The translations under genes and the position numbers were made by a program. DNA of 64,000 nt from an uncultured Pseudobdellovibrionaceae bacterium (GTDB lineage Bacteria > Bdellovibrionota > Bdellovibrionia > Bdellovibrionales > UBA1609). The notes below the pieces were generated by a model. It saw only the letters and a list, made by a program, of their open reading frames with translations. It was not told the origin of the DNA and did not search any database. Positions 39,815 to 49,438 of the stretch are shown here, in pieces. How positions within the stretch are numbered: the first letter of the stretch is position 1; each line of letters starts with the position of its first letter. The stretch lies in contig CAWDNU010000004.1 in assembly GCA_963803705.1 (NCBI GenBank), forward strand, positions 399,943 through 463,942, written 5' to 3'.

Positions 39815-40822
39815 TTACTCAATTCTATTGGGTAGCTTAGGCTTAGGGTCAGACGAAGGAAGTCGAAGCTCAGGATTTTCAAATGTTGCTTTAATCGGAT
39901 AATAAAGCGTAAATCCAGCGTAAATCTTTTTAGGGTTTTTAACCAGTTGGGGGTTGTTCTTCCAAATGTCCTTCCAACGGTCCGGTGTTCCGTAAAGTTT
40001 TTGCGAAATAGATTTTAAAGTGTCCATTTTTTTGATTAAGTAAGGTTTTCCATCTCGCTTGATGTAAATATATTTGACGTTTCTGATGGTCAATTCAGTT
40101 CCTACTTGCATAAGCTCAGGTTTTTTAATTTTATTTTTATTCACTTTGTATATATCTTTCCACTTCAAATAATTAGCATATTTTTCGAAGGCTATTTTCA
40201 TTAACGTGTCACCCAATCGGACTATATAGCTTACCGTTTTCACGTCATTATTGGATCCAGAAGCTACTCCATTTATACCTGATCTAAAGCTTAGCGGTCC
40301 CTGTTTTTTTCTAACTAATGACTTTCCCAGTGGACCTTCTGATTTTAAGATCATTTCATCTTCTGTAAGCACAGCGTTTTGGTCAGCACCAGCCACAAAC
40401 TTATTAGAAGTGCTTATTCTTTCAGGTTTAGCTTCAAGACCGGTAATCTTCTTTGCTAGATCATAGTTTCGTTTAGCAAGTTCATAGCTTTGCCTAGCTG
40501 CTTCATAACTTTGTCTTGCATCTTCACTTAAAAATCTAGTCTCGCCGTTTTCGGTTTCGAAGCGGGAATCTGTGTCTATATGACTTTGCAAAGTCCGTAT
40601 CGCTCCAGAGTAAGCTGGGGTATCAGAATAAATCAGCAATCCTTCTTCTGTAATGCGTTCAATATCTTTTGCAATTTCAACTGGGATCGGAACTGCATCT
40701 GTTGCTGCTGTAGCTCTTTGCCGAAAACCCGGGTCTTCTAACTGTCCACTTGATGAACATCCAGCAAGAAAAAATAGTGACATCAAACAAATAATTATAA
40801 TGCTAAGTAGTTGATTAAACAT
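39815..40822 (-). CDS. Lipoprotein with two C-terminal LysM peptidoglycan-binding domains
   Basis: The lipobox is FFLAGC. The LysM-like segments are YIVRLGDTLMKIAFEKYANYLKWKDIYKVNKNKIKKPELMQVGTELTI and YLIKKMDTLKSISQKLYGTPDRWKDIWKNNPQLVKNPKKIYAGFTLYY. Confidence 0.75.
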   Translation of the reverse strand: MFNQLLSIIIICLMSLFFLAGCSSSGQLEDPGFRQRATAATDAVPIPVEIAKDIERITEEGLLIYSDTPAYSGAIRTLQSHIDTDSRFETENGETRFLSEDARQSYEAARQSYELAKRNYDLAKKITGLEAKPERISTSNKFVAGADQNAVLTEDEMILKSEGPLGKSLVRKKQGPLSFRSGINGVASGSNNDVKTVSYIVRLGDTLMKIAFEKYANYLKWKDIYKVNKNKIKKPELMQVGTELTIRNVKYIYIKRDGKPYLIKKMDTLKSISQKLYGTPDRWKDIWKNNPQLVKNPKKIYAGFTLYYPIKATFENPELRLPSSDPKPKLPNRIE

Positions 40823-40910
40823 AAGTACTACTTCGGACTATTAGCCCGTATAATCTATGGTCTAGGTAGTATTTCTAGACGAAAATGCGGGCAAATAAGT
40901 TTGACAATTT

Positions 40911-43900
40911 TTATGAACTTGGAATTTCAGTTTCACTCGGTTCAACTTTGCCAGGCGGCAAAGGCGGCACGGGTATAAATTCGCTGGACTTTAAGCTTAA
41001 AATTAAAGATTGAGCCTTTTTGTCGACTTCCTGATTGGTTTTAACCAACAACTCTTTAACCTCATCACGCTGCTTAACCAATTGTTCATATTGGTTTTCA
41101 AGTAAAGCTCGCTGAGGTCCAAAAACATTAGACTTAGTCATTAAAACTTCAATCTTAGAGATCTCTCTTTCGGTTATTTTCAAGTAAGGATTTAGTGGAT
41201 TAAACTCTTTGGTAGCACGTAATTCCGAAGAAATTTGTATTATCTGTTTTTGTAAACTGCCTTTTTGTGAATCAACCCATCTAGAATACAGACTCAATTG
41301 CTCTTCCCTTTTCTTAATACTGTGTAATGCAGCATCAAGTTCATGATTTTTCTTCTTGATCTTTGCATATAGGTCCTTGTTTTCGTCTATCTCATTTTGT
41401 AAACTCTGTTTTTGATTAAATACAGATTCGTACTTAGTCCCTGCGTCCACAATTTTGGACCCTAGATCGACGGATCGAAATTCAAGATCTTTAATGATGC
41501 CCGCCAACTTAGCATTCTCGTGCTTTTGGATTTCTATTTTTTTTGTCTTTTCAGAAAGATCGATAGTGGTTCTTCTTTCAAGCTCTTTATAATCTTTTTC
41601 TTTTATCTCAGCTTCATCTTTTAACTTGGTTAAGGTCGCATATTGAAGGTTGAAATCAAAATCTTTCTGCTTTAAGTTTATGTTTAAATCTATAATTTCA
41701 TCGCTTAAACTTTGATTTTTTTTCAAAAGCTCATCAGATTCATCAGATTTTACATCCAACACTTCTTTAAGTGATAAAATTTCAGTGTTCTTATTATCTA
41801 AGGTGGCCTGAAGCCCATTCAATTCTAGTAGCTGTTCTTTTTTATCATTCATAAGCAGACTTATATCAGCTTGTAAAAAACTGTTTTCTTCAATAAGTCC
41901 ACTAATTTCAATATTTAGGTCCACTATCTTATCATCAAACTCTTTTTCGCACAGTTCTAATTTGTAAAGATGAGCATTTTGAATCTCTAGGGTACGACTT
42001 TTGTTAGCAATTTGACTTTCTAAGTCTGTGATCCGGTTTTCCAAATTTTTATTTATACCAATCAAAACACCATGTTCTTCAGAAGATTTATTAATAAGTC
42101 CTTGCTTCGAATCAGCTTCTGCTTTTTTATCTTCATAGCTTAAACCTAATAATCTTTTTTCTTCTAACAGTGATTCTTTTTCTAAAGCTTGCGAACTTAA
42201 ATCCTTTTGCAGGGAAATATTCTTCTCTTTTAAATCATGAATCTTATCCTGTAAGCCAGTGGCTTCAGCAATTAGGTCCTTTTTCTCGAATTCTAATTGA
42301 TCAAATAATATTTGCTGTTTTTCAAGCATACTATTTTTGTACTCTAACTTCTGATTTAAACCTAAAACCTCTTCCTTCAGCCCATCATTAAGTGTGACTG
42401 AAGATTTATGGTCCCTAATAGAATCATCAATTATCTTTTGCTTGGAAATAAGCACGGTCTCTTTTGATGACAACTGAATTTTAAGCTCTTCAATTTTTTG
42501 ATGGGCATCTAAAATTGTTGAATTTAGCGACTTTTGTCGCTGTTCACTTACACTCATGCTTTTTTTGTTTTCAATAATCTCTAGTTGAAGCTCATTTAGT
42601 TGAACGTTTACAGCAGATATTTTATCTTCAGACTCAGCCCTAAAATCATCTGATTTTAAAACTTCATCCTGGTACAAAGAAAGTTCCGCAGTTAAATCCT
42701 CATTTTTTTTCTTTAGCAAGACTTCTTGCGTTTCCAATCCGTTAATTTTAATCTCTAGCAATTCTAAATCTCTTAAATTATCTGCTATCTTTTGATGAGC
42801 CTGAACTAGAATTTCAGAAATTTTATCAATCTCAATTTTTTTATCTTTTTCTAGTTTTGAAATTTCTGTTTCAAATTCTATTTTCTGATCTTTAAGGCTT
42901 AGTTCTAACTTTTTATTGTTAGCCGCAAGACTCTCACTTTGCTTTATACTGACGCCATAATCTTGTTCTAAAAAATCTATTTTATTTAAAGCCACAGACA
43001 ATTTTTCCAGTACAGATCGATTTTGTTCTTTTTCGTAACTTAAGTCTTTGTCTAAATTTTTAAACTTCACCTTCAGTTCTGAAAAATCTTTTAGTTGTCT
43101 TTCAAGCTCAACCATCTCGTCAGTTTTACTTTCAAAGGTTTTTCTTAAAACAGACATTTGGTGCCCGACCATTACTATCTGCTCTCTTAAATTTTTATTA
43201 TCTTCTAAAGCTGTTTTTAAATCCAGGCTCTTGTTTTCTAGGTCTGTGTCTGAAGCCTTTATGCTGGCTTCAAAACGATCGATTTTTTGTCTTTGGACTT
43301 GCAACTCGTTTGATTTTTTTCCTATTAGCTCTTCAGCTTTTTTTAGATCGGTCGCCACTAAGTCAAAAGACTCTTGTAGTTCTGATTTTTGAAGTAGTAT
43401 TTTTTCAGACTGTTGTTCGTGTTCCAAAACCAAGTTGTCAAATCGCTCTGTCCAACTTTTGTTTTCGCGGTTTAAGTATTCGATTTCAGCTTTATATTCG
43501 TTGATTTTTTTAAGGTTTGTTTCACTCTCTACCATTAGTTTCTTATATTCAGATTTTGATAAACTAAGGTCTTTGCTTACTAAAATAACTTTTTGATTTA
43601 AACTTAGCCGCTCTTGTTCAAATGATTTGAATTTTTCTTGATAAGAAAGAAGGTCATCAATTTTTTTATTTAAGTAATTAATTTCTTTTGTTTTCTCGTT
43701 CAACTCAGTGTTGAGTGACGACATTATTTTTTTTGAAACTTCTTTATCTTTATTAAATTTAAGTTCTAACTCTTTTTTATCGGATTTTAATGATAGATTT
43801 TGGCTACTTATCTCTTCGTTAGTTTTATTTACTTCAGCTAATTGATTACTTGATTTAGTATTATTTGCAGCAAGTTCAGAAATATAGGTTTGTAGCTGTT

Positions 43901-44510
43901 CTTTTTCAGCTTGAATTCTTTTGCTTTTTGCCTGGGCTAACCTTTCTTTGTCCTCTGACTTTTTCAGCAGTAGAGCCTTAGTCTCTAGCATCGTCTGCTC
44001 ATAACTTTGAGTAGCTGCTTCTATCTCTTTATCTTTTCTCATTATTTGCTGCTGATAGTCATTAAGCTTAGCTTCTTTAGATTTAATAACTTCTCGAAAC
44101 TGGTCAATCTTGCTTTCGCTGGCTTGCTTCTTATTATTAATATCTTCAAATTTTTCTAAAAGATCGTTTCTTATTTTAAGCAGCGTATCTACTCTTTCCT
44201 GATACTTTCTCCTGATCGAAAGCAGCTCACTCTGTTTTTCGTCTAGTTTTTTGCCTAAAAAACTAATTTTTTGATCACTTTTTATCAATTCAGAGTGAAT
44301 CTTTTGTTTTTCACTCTCGATCATTTTTATCTTTTGATTGTTTTTTTCATGCCCTTCAATAAACCCATTAATATCATTAAATAAACTTTGATGGTTCCAA
44401 TTGACACCCTCCAAAGCCTGTTTAATCTTGGCCAACTTGTGATCAGTTGCGCTAAGGCTTTTCTTGTCTTTTGTCTTCAACTTTTTTTGCACGACCTGTC
44501 TTTTTTCCAT
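40911..44510 (-). CDS. Very long cytoplasmic coiled-coil protein (1199 aa)
   Basis: It has no signal peptide or TM segment. Composition is E/K/L/Q/N-rich and heptad-like throughout, with a short Pro-rich C-terminus (IPVPPLPPGKVEPSE). Confidence 0.7.
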   Translation of the reverse strand: MEKRQVVQKKLKTKDKKSLSATDHKLAKIKQALEGVNWNHQSLFNDINGFIEGHEKNNQKIKMIESEKQKIHSELIKSDQKISFLGKKLDEKQSELLSIRRKYQERVDTLLKIRNDLLEKFEDINNKKQASESKIDQFREVIKSKEAKLNDYQQQIMRKDKEIEAATQSYEQTMLETKALLLKKSEDKERLAQAKSKRIQAEKEQLQTYISELAANNTKSSNQLAEVNKTNEEISSQNLSLKSDKKELELKFNKDKEVSKKIMSSLNTELNEKTKEINYLNKKIDDLLSYQEKFKSFEQERLSLNQKVILVSKDLSLSKSEYKKLMVESETNLKKINEYKAEIEYLNRENKSWTERFDNLVLEHEQQSEKILLQKSELQESFDLVATDLKKAEELIGKKSNELQVQRQKIDRFEASIKASDTDLENKSLDLKTALEDNKNLREQIVMVGHQMSVLRKTFESKTDEMVELERQLKDFSELKVKFKNLDKDLSYEKEQNRSVLEKLSVALNKIDFLEQDYGVSIKQSESLAANNKKLELSLKDQKIEFETEISKLEKDKKIEIDKISEILVQAHQKIADNLRDLELLEIKINGLETQEVLLKKKNEDLTAELSLYQDEVLKSDDFRAESEDKISAVNVQLNELQLEIIENKKSMSVSEQRQKSLNSTILDAHQKIEELKIQLSSKETVLISKQKIIDDSIRDHKSSVTLNDGLKEEVLGLNQKLEYKNSMLEKQQILFDQLEFEKKDLIAEATGLQDKIHDLKEKNISLQKDLSSQALEKESLLEEKRLLGLSYEDKKAEADSKQGLINKSSEEHGVLIGINKNLENRITDLESQIANKSRTLEIQNAHLYKLELCEKEFDDKIVDLNIEISGLIEENSFLQADISLLMNDKKEQLLELNGLQATLDNKNTEILSLKEVLDVKSDESDELLKKNQSLSDEIIDLNINLKQKDFDFNLQYATLTKLKDEAEIKEKDYKELERRTTIDLSEKTKKIEIQKHENAKLAGIIKDLEFRSVDLGSKIVDAGTKYESVFNQKQSLQNEIDENKDLYAKIKKKNHELDAALHSIKKREEQLSLYSRWVDSQKGSLQKQIIQISSELRATKEFNPLNPYLKITEREISKIEVLMTKSNVFGPQRALLENQYEQLVKQRDEVKELLVKTNQEVDKKAQSLILSLKSSEFIPVPPLPPGKVEPSETEIPSS

Positions 44511-44520
44511 TAATAAACCC

Positions 44521-45990
44521 TTATTTAAAATCTTTTAAATTCAAACCTGTCTTTGGCGGCAGCGCTTTGGACCCATCATAATTAACTTTCATTAGATCTA
44601 CTTGTGATTTCAAATAGGTTGATTTTAGTTTAATGTTTTGGGCTAAATTATTAATTTTGCCAGCCAACTCTAAACTTTTATCTTTCCCATTTAGAAAGCT
44701 ATCTTGCAGTACATGAAGTTCGAAAATCATTTGAGTCACTGTCCCGTAAGCTTGGTATAGAGTTAAATAGTAAATTTTTGATTTCAAGTCAGCGGACTTA
44801 AGCTGCTCAAACATTTCTACGATATTTTTCTGTGTTCCAAGCCAGTCTACTGAAAAACGATTCCAGGCGGCTAAATTTTTGCTACTCAGCGAGCGATTAT
44901 ATATATTCAATGACTTTTGATACTGTCCTAATAAAGTTTCATTTAGATCAATCAGTTCATTTAACTCTATCGACGCGCTTTCTCTGGCTTTAGAATGAAA
45001 ACTTTCCAGTTGTTGATTATAACTACTAAGTCCCGACAGACCAAACTTATGGGTAGAGCTATACAGTTCTAAATTTTTCTTATCACAACTCAAACACGTA
45101 ACAGACACGTTGTACTCTCCTGCAGGTAGGTACTCGCCTTGATCGCCTCGAATTGCGCCGGTTTGAAAATATGGGCTTGTTAGGTTTATTTCTACCGACT
45201 TACCAAACCTAAATGCATTTAAAAGAGAATCAGGATTGCCCTGAATGTCCACCCTAATTTTAGATGCTGAAGGCAAATTTACGCTACCGACAAAAACCGG
45301 GTCTTTAAATGGCGTATCCTTTTCGTAAAAAACTAAGCTGGGGTCTTTTGTTGTAGCCGGTTTTTTTGCATTTGATATCAATTGAGCTTTAATCTCGGTG
45401 GGTAAGTCGCTGATAAATGATTTCGCTGAATACAGATTGTTAATTAAAATCCCGAAAAGAAAAAGAAGGGCAATTGATGAAAGGCCCAATCCAACTTGGT
45501 AATACCTTATGTTATCTTTGTTAAGTCCTAACTGACGTCCTAATAAAAAAGCACTTTGTTTCATTATAAACTTGAAGCTATTCATTTTATCAACCAAACC
45601 ATCTTGGCCTTTAATGCTGACTACTTTTACCGAGTCTAAATTTGCAAAGCTCATTTCTTTGTCTTGAAATTTAATTCGATCGATAGACCCAAGTTGGGCC
45701 TGAAACGAAAAGTCATTATCTGAAATGTTTTCGATATCAAAGGTCCCGCAAGAACGAAAACTTTCGATGCACTTTAATGAAATCCATGCTTTAAGTCCTG
45801 GTCGCCAAATATGGTGATCAATTGATATCAGCCTATTTAAGAGCAGCTGATTTACCTGCTTGGTTGTAAGTGGACCAAAATGCCTAGTCTGGCGAAATAT
45901 AAACCAATCACCTAGTTCGTGGCCGAGCTCAATTTGCTTAGGGTTTAGAAAATTTTCATTACCAGTGTCTGGTGCTTTATCTGTATTCAC
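44521..45990 (-). CDS. GYF_2 (DUF4339)-domain membrane protein with a large extracytoplasmic C-terminal region
   Basis: The N-terminal WFIFRQTRHFGPLTTKQVNQLLLNRLISIDHHIWRPGLKAWISL fits the GYF_2 pattern. There is a single TM helix (GLGLSSIALLFLFGILINNL). The gene is 10 nt from the downstream gene. Confidence 0.6.
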   Translation of the reverse strand: MNTDKAPDTGNENFLNPKQIELGHELGDWFIFRQTRHFGPLTTKQVNQLLLNRLISIDHHIWRPGLKAWISLKCIESFRSCGTFDIENISDNDFSFQAQLGSIDRIKFQDKEMSFANLDSVKVVSIKGQDGLVDKMNSFKFIMKQSAFLLGRQLGLNKDNIRYYQVGLGLSSIALLFLFGILINNLYSAKSFISDLPTEIKAQLISNAKKPATTKDPSLVFYEKDTPFKDPVFVGSVNLPSASKIRVDIQGNPDSLLNAFRFGKSVEINLTSPYFQTGAIRGDQGEYLPAGEYNVSVTCLSCDKKNLELYSSTHKFGLSGLSSYNQQLESFHSKARESASIELNELIDLNETLLGQYQKSLNIYNRSLSSKNLAAWNRFSVDWLGTQKNIVEMFEQLKSADLKSKIYYLTLYQAYGTVTQMIFELHVLQDSFLNGKDKSLELAGKINNLAQNIKLKSTYLKSQVDLMKVNYDGSKALPPKTGLNLKDFK

Positions 45991-46230
45991 ACTCTAAATG
46001 CTATCAAAGATTGATGAAAATAGTATTGGGACAAGGATAAACCCAACTTAGGTAGTTATGATTTTATTTGAACGACCTTAAAACCGGCAGATAAACACCT
46101 GAAATCTAGAACAGAGGCCTGGTTTAGGCAATTGACTTGTGTAAATACAAAAAAAAATCCTCAACCTATGAAGCTCTTTTGTCATTTTTTTAATTAGATC
46201 AATTTAATTAGATTAAATAGATGAGCAGAT

Positions 46231-46962
46231 TTATATGGGAAGTTTATTCAAAACCTTAATGACGACCCTGCGATTTTGCTCTTGGTTTTTTTGAATGGCT
46301 CCGCCACTTTCAGTCCTATTGGGTAAAATCGGCCTGGTCTCACCCAGACCAATGGTCAGTATTTGATCTCGGTTGAAACTGTAGTCTTCAAATAATCTAG
46401 CAACAGCATTAGCCCGAAGACTCGATAGCTCCCAATTGCTGGCAATGATGCCTCTACTTATTGGAGTGTCATCTGTATGTCCTTCAATTAAGTATTTTTT
46501 GTCACCAGCTTCATCGCTCAAGACCCTCAGTAATTCACTCATAAGGATTTTAGCGTCTGCGCGAGGCTTGTATGAGCCAGATAAGAAAAACAAAGTTCCT
46601 TCGAAAGTAATGGTAACTCCCGATTGTGCAATTGCTACATTAACTTGGTCTTTTAGCCCTCTTTCTGCAATTAAGTTTTTTATAGCTTTACCTGCTTTTT
46701 CAAAAGGCTCTACAACTTCGCCACCGAAATATAAGGCAGTTTGACTACCAACGGCTTTAAATTTGTCTTCGTCAAAACTAGACATTGAAAGCATCAATGC
46801 GAAAAAACCCATTAACAAAGTCATCATATCGGCGTAGCTAATAAGCCAAACGCCTTCTGTGTCTTCGTGTCCACCGTGCTCTTCTTCTATCTCTAAGAGC
46901 TGTTCTCCGAATTCCTCTTCGTGTGAAGTGTCATCAACTGAATATAAAGGTTCTTGACTCAT
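46231..46962 (-). CDS. motB: MotB-type stator protein (OmpA-like peptidoglycan-binding C-terminal domain)
   Basis: WLISYADMMTLLMGFFALM is the TM helix carrying the conserved Asp. The C-terminal IEGHTDDTPI...SNWELSSLRANAVARLF is the OmpA/MotB motif. Confidence 0.85.
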   Translation of the reverse strand: MSQEPLYSVDDTSHEEEFGEQLLEIEEEHGGHEDTEGVWLISYADMMTLLMGFFALMLSMSSFDEDKFKAVGSQTALYFGGEVVEPFEKAGKAIKNLIAERGLKDQVNVAIAQSGVTITFEGTLFFLSGSYKPRADAKILMSELLRVLSDEAGDKKYLIEGHTDDTPISRGIIASNWELSSLRANAVARLFEDYSFNRDQILTIGLGETRPILPNRTESGGAIQKNQEQNRRVVIKVLNKLPI

Positions 46963-46976
46963 CTTATCGGCTCCAA

Positions 46977-47795
46977 CTAGGCGGCTTTCTTCGATTTATT
47001 AGACAAGCTGCTGGCAACTTGCTTTAAAGCGTCCCTTTCACTTGGAAGTAAATAACTTTTAATGTTTTCTTCTACTAATAGAGGATGCTTTTTTGCACGT
47101 ATCATTCTCATACCATCAATGATCATTTGCCGTGTAATTTTGTCCTGACGGTTAAACTTAGATAAATTTTCACCAATAGGTATGAAGATAAAATTTGATA
47201 AGGCTATACCATATAGCGTTGCAACCAGTGCCACGGCCATCTTAGGCCCAACGTTTTTAATTGCATCTGCACCACCTAAGCTTTCCATCAGACCAACCAT
47301 TCCCACGACTGCGCCTAATAAGCCAAATGCTGGTGGAAATTTGGCTAAAGTTGTAAACATACTGGCGTCTTCTCCGTAGCGTTTAAAATGGGTAGAAGCT
47401 CTTTTTGTTAGTATCAGATCAATCTCTTTTTCCGATAGCCCTCCATCAATAGTAAGTTCAATAGCTTCTTTTAAAAAAGGGGTCTTTATATTCGAAACAG
47501 CTTTTGAAAGATAAGTGTCATCATTTCTGTAATTAGTCGCTAGATCGACCATTTCTATGATGACGTCTGAGTATTGCTTTTGCGTACTTTTTAGCACTTT
47601 ACTGGCAAAAACTTTACAAAGTAAAACAATGTTTTTCGCTGAAAAGCTTAACATTGCAGCGGCTGCCGTTCCGCCAATTACTATTAAACCCGCGTGCCAA
47701 TCTAAAAAAACTAAAGGGTTTTTTGTAGATGTTAATGCGATTGTCAAAAACACTAATAGTGCTAAAATTAGCCCTGAAGCCGAGGATTTATTCAA
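46977..47795 (-). CDS. motA: MotA/PomA-type stator protein
   Basis: FPPAFGLLGAVVGMV and MAVALVATLYGIALSNFIFIPIGENL match the conserved TM3/TM4 of MotA/PomA. The gene lies 14 nt upstream of motB. Confidence 0.85.
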   Translation of the reverse strand: MNKSSASGLILALLVFLTIALTSTKNPLVFLDWHAGLIVIGGTAAAAMLSFSAKNIVLLCKVFASKVLKSTQKQYSDVIIEMVDLATNYRNDDTYLSKAVSNIKTPFLKEAIELTIDGGLSEKEIDLILTKRASTHFKRYGEDASMFTTLAKFPPAFGLLGAVVGMVGLMESLGGADAIKNVGPKMAVALVATLYGIALSNFIFIPIGENLSKFNRQDKITRQMIIDGMRMIRAKKHPLLVEENIKSYLLPSERDALKQVASSLSNKSKKAA

Positions 47796-47938
47796 GCTTT
47801 TGCTCCTTGTTAGTTACTTTTTCGGCTTCATAAATTAAGTGCATGAGTCTAGAACACTGATCATTAATTTTGAGTTGTCCTACAAGCCAGACTTTTGTAG
47901 GGTCAACTCAGAAAATTTGTTTAATTTGGGATCAAAAA

Positions 47939-48412
47939 ATGGTTGAGAATGACACAAAAGCTAAAAACCCTGATCACGGTCTGACAGGTCATTCATCTAC
48001 CACAGATGAGATAGCACGACTTATTAAAGCAAACGGCTTAAGGATGACAACTCAAAGACGCGCTCTTATCGAAGTTTTAAACCAATCTAAAACAAGCTTA
48101 TCTATTAAAGAGCTATTTATTAGAATGTCCGATAAAAATGTTAAAATTGATGAGGCCTCCGTTTACCGAATTACAGAAGCTTTTAAGGATCTGAATATTG
48201 TCCACGTGCACTTGAATGGAAAGGTTAAACTATGCTCTCATTTAGTTTGCGAGCAAGCTTTTCATTTAAGTTTGGAGTGCAACAGGTGTAGTAAAGCTTT
48301 AGAACCTCACTTAAGTTCCGCTGATGAGCAAAAAGTTGCCAAAATCTTAAACCTTCAAGCGAATACTATATCCTATTTACATGTAAATTATGTTTGTGGT
48401 CAGTGTTTGTAA
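47939..48412 (+). CDS. Fur-family metalloregulator (Fur/Zur/PerR; subtype not determinable)
   Basis: RMTTQRRALIEVL...LSIKELF...ASVYRITEAFKDLNIV is the winged-helix region. Two CxxC pairs are present (CNRC and CGQC). The ATG at 47939 is preferred over the track start at 47870. Confidence 0.75.
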   Translation: MVENDTKAKNPDHGLTGHSSTTDEIARLIKANGLRMTTQRRALIEVLNQSKTSLSIKELFIRMSDKNVKIDEASVYRITEAFKDLNIVHVHLNGKVKLCSHLVCEQAFHLSLECNRCSKALEPHLSSADEQKVAKILNLQANTISYLHVNYVCGQCL

Positions 48413-48515
48413 GTTTGCAACCCACAAATCGGTAACCAACTAAGAAAATTATGATAGGGCCTGTGGAAGATTCATGCCTTGATACTGCAATTCATATCTT
48501 ATAGTATTTGCTGCT

Positions 48516-49337
48516 ATGGATAACTTATCTTTAAATCAAGAAACAATCGACAACCTAATGACTATGGCTATAGGCTATGCCCCTAAGCTTTTGCTTGCAC
48601 TTTTGACTCTGATCGTTGGATTTTGGATTTCACGAAAGATAGCGAACGCAATACAAAAAGTTTTAAGTGTTAAAGAGATCGACCCATCGCTTGCCAAATG
48701 GCTAGGCTCCTTTTTATCAGTCACTTTAAAAATTCTGGTTATTATTTCTGTGGCAGCGATGGTTGGAATTGAAACCACTTCTTTTATTGCGCTTTTAGGT
48801 GCTGCAGGCTTGGCTATAGGGCTGGCGCTGCAAGGAAGTCTTGCAAATTTTGCGGGCGGACTGCTTATACTTTTCTTCAAACCTTTTAGGGTGGGAAGCC
48901 ACATCAAGGCTCAAGGAGAAGAAGGCATTGTCGAGATCATTGATATTTTTTTCACTTATGTCAGAACTTTTGACAATAAGATGATTGTTCTACCAAACGG
49001 TCCGTTGGCTGGGGATAAAATTGTAAACGTCACCAAGCTTGAAAAAAGAAGAGTCGATATAGAAATTGGTATTAGTTATGAAGATGATTACAATCTTGCC
49101 GCCAAAGTTTTAAAAGACTTAGCATTAAGTAATGATAAGGTCTTTAAGACACCAGAACCCTTCACTGGCATCAAAAATTATGGAGACAGCTCCATAAATA
49201 TTATTCTAAGAGTCTGGTGCAAAACTGAAGATTATTGGGAAGTTTATTTCCATATAAACAATAGTCTTAAAGAAAAATTTGATAATGCCAAACTATCAAT
49301 TCCTTTTCCCCAGAGGGATGTACATATTTACAATTGA
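48516..49337 (+). CDS. mscS: Small-conductance mechanosensitive channel MscS
   Basis: It has three TM helices. LLGAAGLAIGLALQGSLANFAGGLLILFFKPFRVGSHI is the canonical MscS TM3/beta-domain signature. Length is 273 aa. Confidence 0.9.
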   Translation: MDNLSLNQETIDNLMTMAIGYAPKLLLALLTLIVGFWISRKIANAIQKVLSVKEIDPSLAKWLGSFLSVTLKILVIISVAAMVGIETTSFIALLGAAGLAIGLALQGSLANFAGGLLILFFKPFRVGSHIKAQGEEGIVEIIDIFFTYVRTFDNKMIVLPNGPLAGDKIVNVTKLEKRRVDIEIGISYEDDYNLAAKVLKDLALSNDKVFKTPEPFTGIKNYGDSSINIILRVWCKTEDYWEVYFHINNSLKEKFDNAKLSIPFPQRDVHIYN

Positions 49338-49438
49338 TTTTAGCCTGGTCGGATAATATAAATCAGATAATATAAATAGGAGATGAGTTAAAACCCTTTT
49401 TAAGGTATCTTTCTTTTGAACTAGCCAGGAGCTTTTTT

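Noticed and set aside
46231-47795. Reading motAB simply as part of a flagellar operon
   Set aside because: This is not fully rejected. Organisms with several stator paralogues often have isolated motAB pairs that still serve the flagellum. No other flagellar genes occur in this window, so the sequence alone cannot decide. The alternative is kept as the main refutation route for the cluster hypothesis.
47853-47875. Possible Fur box (ACTGATCATTAATTTTG) in the motA/fur-family divergent promoter
   Set aside because: It matches the GATAATGATAATCATTATC consensus only partially and around a short TGATCA core. In AT-rich DNA this is too weak to call.
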